A stretch of 63,496 bases of DNA, the filler included, from Hyphochytrium catenoides (taxonomy: Eukaryota; Protista; Hyphochytriomycota), in the NCBI GenBank assembly GCA_900088475.1. It is 6 parts of 6 records of this genome, joined end to end, with 100 filler letters (N's around TTAATTAATTAA, not from the genome) between each part and the next. Parts side by side here need not be neighbours in the genome. Positions count along the whole stretch, not along the records: positions 1 to 28,178 come from FLMG01001443.1; positions 28,279 to 50,362 come from FLMG01003284.1; 4 more parts are not named here. One strand, 5' to 3'. This document shows, one piece after another, positions 26,338 through 38,210 of this stretch (position 1 is the first letter of the stretch; each line of letters opens with the position of its first letter). A program made the position numbers and the translations under genes. The notes beneath the pieces are model-generated. The model was not told where the DNA came from. It was given only the letters and a program-made list of their open reading frames with translations, and searched no databases.

Positions 26338-26957
26338 ATCAGCTATCTCTCTATCTGTCTCTGTCTCTTTATCTCTCTCTCTCTCTCTCTCTCTCACTCT
26401 TTCTCTCTCTCTCTCCAGCTATCTCTCAATCTGTCTCTGTCTCTGTCTCTCTGTCTCTTTCTCCTGGTCTTTTCTCTCTTTCTCTCTCTTTCGCGGCCTA
26501 CTCTTTCTCAAGGCCTCTCTTCTTACCTGACTCTGTCTCCCTTGAGGAGGGTTCTGTAGATGTCTCTCCCTGTTGGATTGTATGTCCCCTCTCCACATCT
26601 TCCTCTGATTCTCCAGCATGGGCGGCGAGCGGGAGGTTATGTCGGCGCAATGGAAAAGCAAGGCGGGGATCGCACCCTCTCATTGGCTTTCTCTCTCTCT
26701 CTTCGAACTCTCTCTCTCTCTCTCGCTTCGATTTGGGCTCACTCCTCAATCTCTGTCTCTCTCTGTTTCTCTTTCTCTCGTTTAACTATTAGACGTGAGA
26801 CCACGGTGAGCAGGAGGTGGAGAGAAGTAGAGCAGCTCTTGTTCTTCTGCCTGGGATTCTTCTCTCTCTATCGCTGTTGATCTCTCTCTTTCTTGAGCTC
26901 TCCTACCGCGGAGTAGTGGTCTCTTTCATTGTCTCTCTCTTCTCTTCATCGGCAAGG

Positions 26958-27437
26958 ATGGCTGCGGACACGCCTTGGGGCACGAAGATAAAGACAGAGA
27001 ACACAATCTCTTCTGATGAGGACAGGGAAGAATGGACGCGGATGCAGAAGAACACATTCACCAAGGTGAGGCAAAGAGGCAGAGATGGAGGGAGAAAGAG
27101 AGAAAGGCGCTCTAAGTTTCCATGTGTTCTTTCTTCTGAACTCTTTCTGTCCCTGCATATGGTCACTCTCTCCTCTGTCAAGAGCTCCTTCTCTCTCTCT
27201 CTCTTTAATCGCTCTACAGGACTCTGATACTCTCATTTCTCTCTTGTCTATGTCTCTCATTGTCTCTCTCTCAGGCTCAAAAACTCTCTTTATGCCTTTT
27301 TCTCTTTCTCTCTCTCTCTCTCTCTTCCTTTTGTCGTAACTCTTTTCGCTCTTTCTTCTCTCTCTCTCTGCCAAGCTGGCGCTGTATACTCTACGTGTCT
27401 AGATCCGTCATCTGTCTGCTTTCCTGCCTTGCTCAAA

Positions 27438-27488
<51 letters not shown>

Positions 27489-28022
27489 ACTCTCCTCCTA
27501 TTATTGAAACAACAGGCATTTCAGTCTCTCTTTCTCTTTTTCTAGACTTCTCTCTTTCTCTTCTCACATGTCCGAACCTTCCCTTCAATACCTTGGCGAC
27601 TCTCTACCTTCTCTCTCTTCATCTCCTTCTTCCGATCCTCTCTCTTTTTTTTCCCCTGGCGTTCCCTGTACGCTGGTCATACAGGCACACTCTTCCTTCT
27701 CTTGCGCCTCCGTCAATTCTCTCTCTCTCTGTCTCTCTCCTCGTCTTCCTCTACGCTTCTAAATCACCCCGCAGGGTCACACAGAATCCTACCAAACTAC
27801 ATCGCAGTCCTCTCTTCTCTGCCTTTCTCTCGCGCGCGATCTCTCGTCTTTGCCCACCTCCTTCTTCTCTCTCCCTCCCTCTCTCACTTTCCTCTCCTCG
27901 CTTCGCCTTCTTCTCTTTTCGTTTATCGATCTCTGTTCTCTCTTTGTCCCGTCTTTCCCTCTTGCGCTTCGCTCTCAATCCTTTCATTCCCCCATTGACC
28001 CTTACTCTCTCTTCCGCTCTCT

Positions 28023-28053
<31 letters not shown>

Positions 28054-28178
28054 TTCCTTGTCAGTGGGCCAATGTCCGGCTCATCAAGGTCAAGGCCCGC
28101 ATCGAAGATCTGTACAGCGACTTGCACGACGGTCTCATCCTCGTGCAGCTGCTGCAGGCGATCACGGGAGAGCCTTTC
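26958..28178 (+). CDS. 5' fragment of an actinin/filamin-type calponin-homology (CH1) actin-binding protein, truncated by linker gap
   Basis: join(26958..27065,28065..28178) gives ...EEWTRMQKNTFTK-WANVRLIKVKARIEDLYSDLHDGLILVQLLQAITGEPF, matching the CH1 pattern QKKTFTKW...IEDLxxDLxDG. Confidence 0.85.
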
Positions 28179-28278
28179 NNNNNNNNNNNNNNNNNNNNNN
28201 NNNNNNNNNNNNNNNNNNNNNNTTAATTAATTAANNNNNNNNNNNNNNNNNNNNNNNNNNNNNNNNNNNNNNNNNNNN
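28179..28278. other. Artificial scaffold linker N44-TTAATTAATTAA-N44 (also 50363-50462, 52203-52302, 54668-54767, 61496-61595)
   Basis: Identical 100-nt structure five times; the 12-mer puts stop codons in all six frames. Confidence 0.97.
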
Positions 28279-28541
28279 GAGAGAGAGAGAGAGAAAGAGA
28301 TGGAGAATGCAAAAGAAGAAGGAACCGAGAAGAGAAAGGGGGAGGCAGCAGTGCGGAGGGGGAGAAGTTAGTGAATGAAGTTGTCTCTCTTCAAACCTTC
28401 TTCACGAGGTTACCTCTCTGGCTTGAGACTCTCTCTCTCTCTCTTCCCCTTCTCCTCCCCCTCTTTCTCTCTCGGTTTCTCTCTCTTGCGTTCTCTCTCT
28501 CTCCATTTCCCCTCTCTCTCCTCCTCTCTCTTCCCCCCTCT

Positions 28542-28580
<39 letters not shown>

Positions 28581-28606
28581 AAAGCTCTCTATCATCCAAC
28601 ACCTAC

Positions 28607-28779
28607 TCGGCTGTCCAGCTGGTGCGGAAGGGAGAGACAGCGCAACTCCTCCCGGAACTCCGTTTACCGGCGGCGCTGTCTGCGCTGCTGCAGCGCCGTA
28701 GGGGACAAGCGCCCCGGGAGCGGGAGAAGAGACAGCAGGCGGGACCTTGGTAGGGAGTAGAGAAGACTAGAGAGGAGAG

Positions 28780-28824
<45 letters not shown>

Positions 28825-31329
28825 GAGGAATTGATGGCAAAAGAAAGTGACCTAAAGCGAGAAAGACAGACACGGAAAGAGAGGGAACAAAAATGGAGGG
28901 GAGAGTACAGGGGCGGTGTCGACAGGAACAATGATGGCTGAATAGAGCGATAATTGAAGAAGAGAAGAGAGAGAGTGTTAGGACCGTCCCTTTCCTCTCT
29001 CCCTCTCCCTGGCTGTCTCTCGGTGTTTAATATCTACTTACCTTCAGTGTCTCTCTTCCTGGGTCAGCAAACAGCTCTTCTGCACTATCCTTTCTCTTCA
29101 AAGGCGGACTGGTGCTAGACCCTTCAAATGCAAAGGGAGAGAGAGTGAGTGAGAGAGAGAAAAGAGAGAGAGAGAGAGAGAGAGAGAAACCTGTGTGAAT
29201 TTGGAAAGAGAGACAGCTTGTGCTGTTGTTAAGAGAGTGAGGGAGACAGCGAGAGAACTTAAGGAGACCAACTCTAGAGAAAAAACGATATCACATACAG
29301 AACGACTGGATCCAGGAATATACGTGAGTGGAAGAGAGAGAGAGAGAGAAAGAGAGTTAGAGAGAGAAAGATACCAAGAGAGAGGGAGAGAGATAGTAGT
29401 AAGAGTAGACAACCTAGACTTGCATTATGCAGATGGAGAAGAGTCCGGATCGTAAGGTGGAGAGAGAGAGAGACAGAGAGACAGAGAGAGAAACAGAATA
29501 CCGTTGTCAGGACTAATGACAAAGGAGGGAAGAACGTGGAGAAGAGTGAAATACCTTCTGCCCCTCTCTCTTCTCTCCCTCGTCCCGCTGCCGCCTGATC
29601 AGCTTGAGCTTGATATCTTCCCCAGCTGTTGACGGTGGAGTTGTAGATCAACTCTTCTACTGGGTCTGCGGGAAAAGCGAGCAAGAAGAGGGAGAGAAAA
29701 AAAAAGAAAAAAGAGAGAGAGAGAGAGAGAGAGAGAAAAAAAGAGTTTTAGGTACATGCTTTTTCAACGTAAATACTTCTCTTTACCTAGGAGAAGATAG
29801 GATAGAATATTGATTAAAAAGAAGGTGTTACTGGACACGGCAGAGGGGGAGAAAAGAAAGGAGAGAGAGGAAAAAGGAGAGACACAGAGAGAGAGAGCGA
29901 GAGTGAAAGACACGCACACTCAGACGCAGAGCGAGAAAAAGAGAGACAGAGAGTTAGAGGGAACAGGGAGAGAAATTATGATAGAAACGAGTAACGACAC
30001 TTAATTTTGGATACAACGTGAGGCGAGGGGGAGGAAGAGAGAGAAAGGGACAAACTTTACCTCTCTCTCGACCGTCTCCGTTGCTTGTCTCTGGTCTTTC
30101 ATCTCTTTCTCTCTTCGGAGGTGAAGGCGAGGACCGAGCATCTTCCACTCTCTCTGAAGCGGGAGAAGAGGAAGAGAAAGAGGACTGCGAACGCGCCGCC
30201 TGGGCCGTAAGAGTTGGGATAGGAGAGAAAGGAGAGAGACGTTAGAGAAGCAAGGAGAAGAAGGAAAGCCAGAGAAACAAGGAGAGAAGCAGAGAAACAA
30301 GGAGAGAAACAAAGAAAAGGGAGAGAGAGAGCGTAAGATAAGCACCTCAGTCCTTAGGGCTAATCTCTCCTTAAGCACATCCGCCTCTCTTCTCTCCCCA
30401 CTGCCAGGACCCATCCGAGCGGGAGAGCCGGAAGAGAAGCCTGTCTTCGGAGCAGGAGAGAAAGCTAAGGTAACCTCTTCCCTCTCTCTCTCTGTCTTCT
30501 TCTGTTCCTCTTCGTGGTGGTGTTTCCCAAAGAGTTTGCGGAAGAAGCCGCCGATTCCTTTCTTCTTTTGTTCTTCCGGAGAGCGCGAGGTGACATTCAG
30601 GGTTGGAGGAGGGGAAGCGGAAGAGAGAGAGGGACTTGGCGCCCGCTGCGTGGCAGAGACTCTCTCTCTTGGCGGTACTTCCACTGAATGAGGGTCGTGT
30701 GCAGGGAAAGGGGAGGAGATAGAGAGGGTGAGAAGATAGCCGAGAAGAGAGATATGGAAGACAGGCCGAAAGAGAAAGGGCAAGGAGGGGAAACGAGAGA
30801 GAGAGAGAAAGAGAGATGAAACAGATGGAGAGGGAGAGAGAGATAAAATGGACAAGGAGAGACAAAAATAGACAAGAAGAGAGAGCGACATAGATAGGCA
30901 AGAAGAGGATAGAGAAAAGAAGAGGAAAAAGCAAGAGCGTAGCGAGAGAGAGAGAGAAATAGCGAAGAAAAGAGAGAAAGGGTGTGGGGAGGGAGAAGGA
31001 TAAAAGAGCAAGACGGAGGAGGGAGCGAAATTGGGAGAGAAGGTAGAGCATAGAGAGAGGGAAAGAGACTGAAACAAGAACCAGAAACTACAAAGGAAGA
31101 GAAAATGACAAGGAAAGAAGACCATCAGCGCAAAGAGGGAGAAAACCTTAAATAAGGAAGAGAGAAGTAAGAGAGAGGGATGCTTTCTGGAACTGACCAG
31201 GTACAAGTGCTCGAGAGGAGGCGAGAGAAAAGGAGGGAGAGGGAGGGCCCATACTTGGATCTGTAAGGACAGAACCTGTGAGACAAGAGATAATCAGTTG
31301 TGAATCAGGCTAGAGCGGGTATAGAGAGG

Positions 31330-31361
<32 letters not shown>

Positions 31362-34000
31362 CAAAGAGAGAGAGAGAAAGAGAGAGACAAGGCGAGTAAC
31401 CGACCAGGACAGAGACAGGGAGGCGAAAGGAGAAGGAAGAAGAGAAAAAGGGTAAGAGGGGGGAGAGGGAAGGAAGTGGAAGAGGGAGACAAAAACAAGA
31501 AATGGAAAAGAGGGAGAGAGACATCCAAGGGGAAAGCTAAGTCTCAAGGTCCACCGAACAGACCAGAGCTCGGTCGAGATCCTGACAGGGAAGGCGCTTC
31601 TTCAGCTGGAGAAGGGGCTCTCCCTCGGCTGAGAGCAATAAGAGAGAGAGAGAGACATAAGCGACAGGTCCGGAGAAGTCCCTCAACAATTATAGAGCCA
31701 ACCAGAGAAGAAAGTGAGAAGGAGAGGGCGAGAAAAGGAATAGAGAGGAAAAAGAAGAGAAAGGAATTCGAGAGGGAAACGGACAGCAGAAACAAAAGCA
31801 ATGTCTGCTCCGACGGGAACCAGGGAGGCAGACGATTACCAGGAAAGGAGAGGCCAGGGGAGAGAGAAGCAGAAAGAGAGAGAGAGACACAGAGAGAGAG
31901 AGAGGCGCGGCAGAGATAAGCACGGGAGGAGAAGAAGGGCACTGACCTCAGCCGCTTCTTTGGCATTGCCATATCTCTCCCACTTTTTGAACTATCTCTT
32001 CTTTCTTTCTCTCTCTTTCCTCCATTCTGCCTATCGCCTCTCTCTCTTTTCTTCTCTGACGCCGTTGTTCTTTCACTAGAGGCAGGGCTCGAGGGTTGAA
32101 GCCTCTCCTTCTCCCAGTTTTCTCTCTTGGAAGAAGTCGTTATAACAGACTGAGCATCTTCATCGGAGTCACTACAGGGGCAGCGTAGGGAAACAGCAAG
32201 AGAAAGAGAGAGTAGAGAGAGAGAGAGAAGAAGAAAGGAAGAGAGAAAGGCGACAAGAACGAGAGAAGGGAGTTGTCAGGCAAAAAGACACCTCCTGTAA
32301 TTCACAAAGAGAGTCTATCGGGCAGTACAGAGAGAGGAGATGGAAGCCTGCAGAGAAGAGAGAAACGAAGACATGAGAGGTTGGAGGAGGGCAAGAAGCG
32401 AGGCAAGAAAGGGCTTTGTCGTGTCTCTTGGAAACAGAGGAGAGAGAGAATGGTTCAGGCATCTTGGATTGAATGGAAAAGAGAGGGAAATGGAAGACTA
32501 CCAGAGAGACAGGAGAGACAGAGAGATAGAGAGAAAGAAAAAGAGGGAGAGAAGAGAACATGATTTATCCTCACCGCAGCTTGGCGTCCTCAAAGAAGTC
32601 ATCATCTAGACAGACAGAAAAGGATATAAAAGCGTGGGCGGAAGAGAAATAGAAGAGCATCAGTAGAAGAGAGAGAAGTGAAAAAAGAGAACCTTCAATG
32701 CCACAGTACCAGAAGGAGAGAGAGCGCGAGAAGATGGAAGAGAATGTTCCGAAGAGAAGAGAGAGTGAGTGATGTGTTGAGCACACCAAGAGAGTTTAGG
32801 GCTCTAGAGAGACAGCAGTCAATAGCAGTTCCTCCTGTCAGAAGTTGGAGACTCTCTCTCTCTCTCTCTCCCTGACCTGCTCCGGTAAATAGTGCTCTTC
32901 CGCCTCCTTTGTAGAAGGACCCATCATCATCAGAAGAGAATCCACGGCGTCTTGTTCCTTCTCTCCCCGCTATTGGAGAGAATAGGGATACAAACAAACG
33001 TACAAAAGCAAGGAGACGGACGGAGAAGCGAATGGGAGGCGTGAGGGAGAAAGCGAGAGAGAAAGAGAGAGTAGAGGAAAAAGAGAGAGAGAGAGGGTGT
33101 GTGTGAGAAAGCTCAGGTGTGCTGGGAAGAGGTACTTAGTATTGCCTTTGTCTACCAATGAAAGAAACGGGAGAGCTTTTAACTGAGAGCTTTGAGCGCT
33201 AGAAAGAGCTCTTAGGTAAGAGACCAATCAACAACAAAGTAGAAGGGAAGACAGCTTGGAGGGAAGACAAAATAACAGAGAAAAGAGAGGGAAACAGACC
33301 ACTTAGGGACGAAGAAGAGTAGAGAGAAAAGAGAAAGACATTTACATAATGAGGAAGTCGGCGGTTGGTTGAAAGGGAGAGAGAGAGAGAGAGCGAGAAA
33401 GAGAGAGAGAGAGAGAAAGATATATATATATATAAAGAGAGAGTAGGGCAATTGGAGAGATACACAGAGAAAGAAGAGAGGCACATACACGATGCGCGAT
33501 TACCTCCTGGATCAAGCTCTTCAGAGAAGAATGCGGCGGACTTGTGGGACTTCGAGGTGCTCAATGGAGAAAGGCCGTAGAGCTCATCGAAGCTCAGATC
33601 CTAGAAGAAGAAGAGAAGCAAGGTAAGGCCCTGAGGAGATAGAACAGGGAGGAAAGGCTCGACTCACGACAGAAGCTGACGGGGGCAAGAGTCAGAGATG
33701 AAGGGATAGAAAGAGAGAGAAGTGGAGAGAGAGAGAGAAAGTGACGGAGAGCGAAAGAGAAGAGAGGAGGAAAGAGACAGAGAGAGCACATCGACGGTAT
33801 CGGAACGCCACTTTGCGCTCAAGATAAAGAACGACCCATTAGAGAGAGCAGGGATCTAGAGACAGAGGAAGCGCCGCAAGAAGGGAAAGGAGAGGAGGAA
33901 AAGGAGATAAAGACCGGCAAGCTTATATCCAAACGGTCCGGACCTTAGCAGCTGGCTGTGGAGCTCCAGTCCCTCGCTTCTTCCGTGTTTGGGAGCTCAT
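28607..34000 (-). CDS. Multi-exon, largely disordered Ser/Pro/charged protein of unknown function; about 12 exons visible, 3' end lost in gap
   Basis: Phase-consistent GT-AG chain: MSSQTRKKRGTGAPQPAAK / DLSFDELYGLSPLS... / AGREGTRRRGFSSDDDG / DDDFFEDAKLR / DSDEDAQ... / ... / VEVPPRE...KKKGIGGFFRKLFGKHHH / AARSQ / DPVEELIYNSTVNSWGRY / GSSTSPPLKRKDS / VPPAVSSPAPG. Confidence 0.7.
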
Positions 34001-34419
34001 GGATCCCAAGGTAAAGTAAACTCCTCAGGCTTTTTCCTGCCTGGTGCTTGGTCTTCACTCCGTCATGAACAATTATAGGTCACGTCATCCTCGACGCCGA
34101 TTCGCTTCTGAACGACTCGGTACATCCCCAGACATCACAGATACTTTCCCACTTAAGGGAAGGACGATATGCAGAGCTGAACGCAGGGACGCTCTATCCT
34201 GATGAAGATGATCTGTAGCGGAGCTCCGGAAATCATCTGGTTCTGAATTCTGGAGATTGAGTTATTGCAGGATCCGAAAGCCCGAAATGAAGTTTCATCG
34301 GCGCGAATGATAACTAAAACATTATCAATAGAGATAACTCAAAATAATTAGAAAATAGAATCAATGTACCAGATCATTGTACCAGTTACTAACTTCTGTG
34401 AATGAACCATCTTCTTATG

Positions 34420-34740
34420 ATGGTGACTTTGACATTTCATCTCTTCCTCCTCCTTCTTCTCCCCTGATGATCACAGAGGAGATCAACTATGATTCTTCCT
34501 TTACTGCTGATGGTAAGCACGGAGGGGAGCGGGCTGAGAGCGAGACCAAGGCCTTATAGCTTCTCGTCTCTTTTTCTTCTTTCTCTCCTCTTACTCCTCC
34601 TTCTCCTTCTTCTTCTTCTCCTTCTTCTTCTTCTTCTTCTTTCTCTTCTTCTTCTTCCTTTTCTCTCTCTTCCTCTTCTTCCTTTCTTTCACTTCTTCTT
34701 ATTCTCCTTGTTCTTCTCTCTCTTCTTTAACTCCTCCTTC
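34420..34740 (-). repeat. Second copy of the dispersed degenerate repeat (see 60-330)
   Basis: Reverse complement aligns by eye with 60-330. Confidence 0.6.
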
Positions 34741-37605
34741 TTAGTTATCGTAGTTCATAGTGATAAGTTGATTAACCCTATCACATAATATTTATATCTT
34801 AATTAAATAAAAGTGTGCTGTTCAAGGACCATATTTCTTGGTATTCCTAACATCAGCATTGTGAATCGACTACATTTTTATAAGGACGGTGTGCTTCACA
34901 TTCTCAATGAACATGAGATTGCTAATGAAGTGACTTTCCTTGTTATTTTACTCGCTAACCTTAAGTCCTCTTTCTCAGTATTTTACTCGTCAACACTAAC
35001 ATAGATTGTGAAGGAGAAGAGTATATTTCCCAATAAAAGATGAGGAGAGGTCTTTCTTTCTCTCCTTCCTTCTTGCCGCTTCTTCTCTTCCGATGATGAT
35101 CTAAATAATGCTGTCCGGTCAACGGGTCGGGCCCCTTTCCTCCCTTGTCAACTTCTTCTACTCAAGACGATAACACTAATCCCTAACATTAGTATAGCCA
35201 GGACAAGAAGAAGATGAAAGTGTTATCTTGTCATTATTGCCCAAATCCTGACCTCCTCATCTCCTCATAAAGTTCCATAAAGAGCGATGAGCATCAGTGA
35301 AAACCTGATGACTCTTGCAGTCAAGAGACAGACACACCTCAGATCTTTTCCTTTCCGGGAAATAAGAAACTTTTGCTTTCTTTCGTCTTGTCGTCGACAG
35401 CAGAGAAAGAGAGAGAGAGAGAGAGAGAAAAGGAGGTTGAGAGAAAGAAATAGAGAGAAAGAGAGGAGAGAGAGAGAATGAGAGAAGGAAGTATATATAT
35501 ATATAGAGAGAGAGAGAAAAGAGAGAGAGTGAGATAGAGGAAGAGACCTCTACCTATCTTTCACTCATGATAGAGACAGAAGAGAACCTTAGGAAAGAGT
35601 GTGAGCCCAGCCATCAACTCATCATTATGACGCCATACACTTAGGCTCTCTTCTTGTTGCTGCTCACGCAGCTACATCCTCCGCCTCCTGAAACTAGTTC
35701 TAACCCTTCGGAACTTCATGAAGAAGCTTCATCTTCTTCTCATGATGATGATGATAATATTGTCGGATAATCAAACGCTCTTATGTTATTGGACACAAAG
35801 ATAAACATGACCTTTGGTCTTACTACTGTTGACAATATTCTCGCATTTCCTTTCTTCTTGATGGTGGCCGCAGGAAGTGAGAGAGAGAGAACGAGAACAA
35901 AGAGGAAATAAGAAAGAGAGAGAGAGAGAGAAGGGAGAGAGAAAGAGGAGGAAGAACACTGCCACCTGCTTTTGCAAAAAGAGTCAGAATCCCAAGAAGA
36001 AAGAAAGGGCGACCTATCACCTGTCACGCCATGTCTTTCCCCTCTACTCTCTCTTCCTACTAACGAACAACAAGGCTTCAACACGCCCAAGATGACAGAG
36101 CGAGAGCGAGTTTTATCTGCCGAAGAACAGTGCAGGTGATAGTTTATGGAGAGCTGTCCTGACGCAAGAGCAATGAGAAACCGCACAAGGAGAGAGAGAG
36201 AGACTGGTTTGTTTTGGAGCAGGAGGGAAGGCATCGTCCTCTCATCCCGTGCCGCTCTCTCTCCTTATTGGCTAGTACTCTCTCTTCTCCATTGGGTCCC
36301 TCTCTCTTACTCATTCCCAATCTTCCGCATTTCTCTTCTCTCTCTTCTCATTGGCAGGCGCAGTCACGTCAAGAGAGACTCGTTGCTCCACAGGCGGGTC
36401 GCTGTGTGGTGCTGTCATTGCGAGTCAGTGCAGCACCATTTCTCTCTCTCTCTTTCTCTCTCCCCGTATCTCTTTTTTCCCTCTCCACATTGTCCCACTT
36501 GAAGCGGGGAAAACAATGGGTTCAGGCCCCAGCCATAAGATTCAAGCGCAGCGAACACCTTGGAACAGAGAAGGACGAGCGAGCGATAAGAGAGAGAGAG
36601 AGAGAGAGAGAAGAGCCCTTGCCTTTCCATGCTTTGGGGGTGGAGTCGGGGTTCCTCACCCCCACCTCTTGCCCCAGCTCCAGGGGGAACAGGTAAGTGA
36701 ATCTTCTGCCCTGGCAAGCTTTCAGTCTCTCTCTCTCTCGCGCGCGGTCTCTCTCTCTCTCTTTGTGTCTCTTTTATCACCGCCATACAAAGCTCCATTA
36801 TTCTCTCTCTATTTCACGTTTTCCTCGCCGTCTTCTGATGGCGCAGCAGCCCTTGCCACGTTTCCTTCGCTCATTTCTGGGGCTGGAGTCTTTCTCCTCA
36901 GCCTTTCTCTTTCTCTCCTCCATGGTCCATGGTGTCACTCTCGCTTCTCTCTTTTCCGAAGTGCATCACAGGAGGTACGGTTCGCGCCTAAAATATAGCA
37001 GAACATGGCGACCAGGAGCAGGCGGAAGAAAGATGGAGCACTGTCTCTCTTCTCGTTTTCCACTTTCTCTCTCTTCCACTTTCCGCCCCAAAATTCTCTT
37101 CCGCTCCGCCTTCATCGTCGTCCCTACCCTGGTCAGTCATCATCATTCGTTTTCAACAGCTGCGTCCTTTCTCTTCTGTTTTGGCCTGAGGCCAGAAACG
37201 AGACAGAGACAGAGAAAGGGAGAAGAGAGAGAGAAAGACAGAGAGAGAGGGAGACACCCAGCAGATATACAGAGTCCAGTCCAATACTAAAATGACCTAA
37301 ACGTGGATGGAAGAGAATGATGACGATGGCGCGGACAAAGAGAGAGGACGAGAGCATGGCAACTAAAAGTTGCGGGGCATGGCCGGGCGGACAATCAGGA
37401 GAACAGAGAAAGGGAGAGAGAGAGGATGAGGAACGAGAAGAGGGAAAGACTGTTATGCGGGGCGTGTCACCCTCACCAACCGCTGGCTGTTGTAACTTCA
37501 AGAAGCTCTCTTTTTAGGCCTTCGTCGTCATGGACATTGTAGGGGAGAGAGGAGAGAGAAAGAGACCACCTCGATCAGAATCATCAGCTGCATCAACTTC
37601 CTACT

Positions 37606-37647
<42 letters not shown>

Positions 37648-38178
37648 GCCAGCTTCAAAAATAAAGAAGCATCTCTATGAATGACCCGCTGGTGTTGATG
37701 TCCTATCCATCTTGCCTCGTCTTCTCGCTCTGTCTCCTCTTTCGTATCTCTCTTCCTTTCCTTTTACCTCTTTACCATCTTCGTACGTTGCTCTGTCTGG
37801 TTTCCTTTTCATCTCTCCTTCTTGGCCGCGACTAATATTGAGGAACGGGAGGCCATTGATTTCTTAGATGTTGGTCATCTCTTCCTATGTTGGGCGTGTC
37901 CAAGTTCACTTATCTCGCCCTCTCTCTCCCTCTTTCTCTCCCTGTGTCTTTCTCTCTCTCTTTCCTCTCTCTATATCTGTCCCCCACACTGTCTCTTGGC
38001 TGACCGACCCCTTACGTCCTTTTTCAAGGTTTTCACCTCACGCGCTCTTGTCTCTCTTGTGCATTCTGTCTCTACACTTGCTCTGCACCCCACTTTCCAC
38101 TGCATATCCTCGTCCATTCTGTCTTTCTTTCCTCTCTCTTTCTCTGTCTCTGTCTCTGTTTCTGTTTCTGTCTTTGTT

Positions 38179-38210
<32 letters not shown>

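Noticed and set aside
26007-26680. Small minus-strand spliced gene upstream of the CH gene
   Set aside because: A good donor is present, but the acceptor lacks a pyrimidine tract and the only long joined frame has no start codon.
28223-28234. Recurrent TTAATTAATTAA palindrome as a biological motif
   Set aside because: Always centred in exactly 44+44 Ns; it is an assembly spacer with six-frame stops.
26056-28234. Numerous LSLSLS/ERERER ORFs throughout the track
   Set aside because: They are translations of (CT)n/(GA)n tracts that lack stop codons and mostly lie in introns or UTRs.
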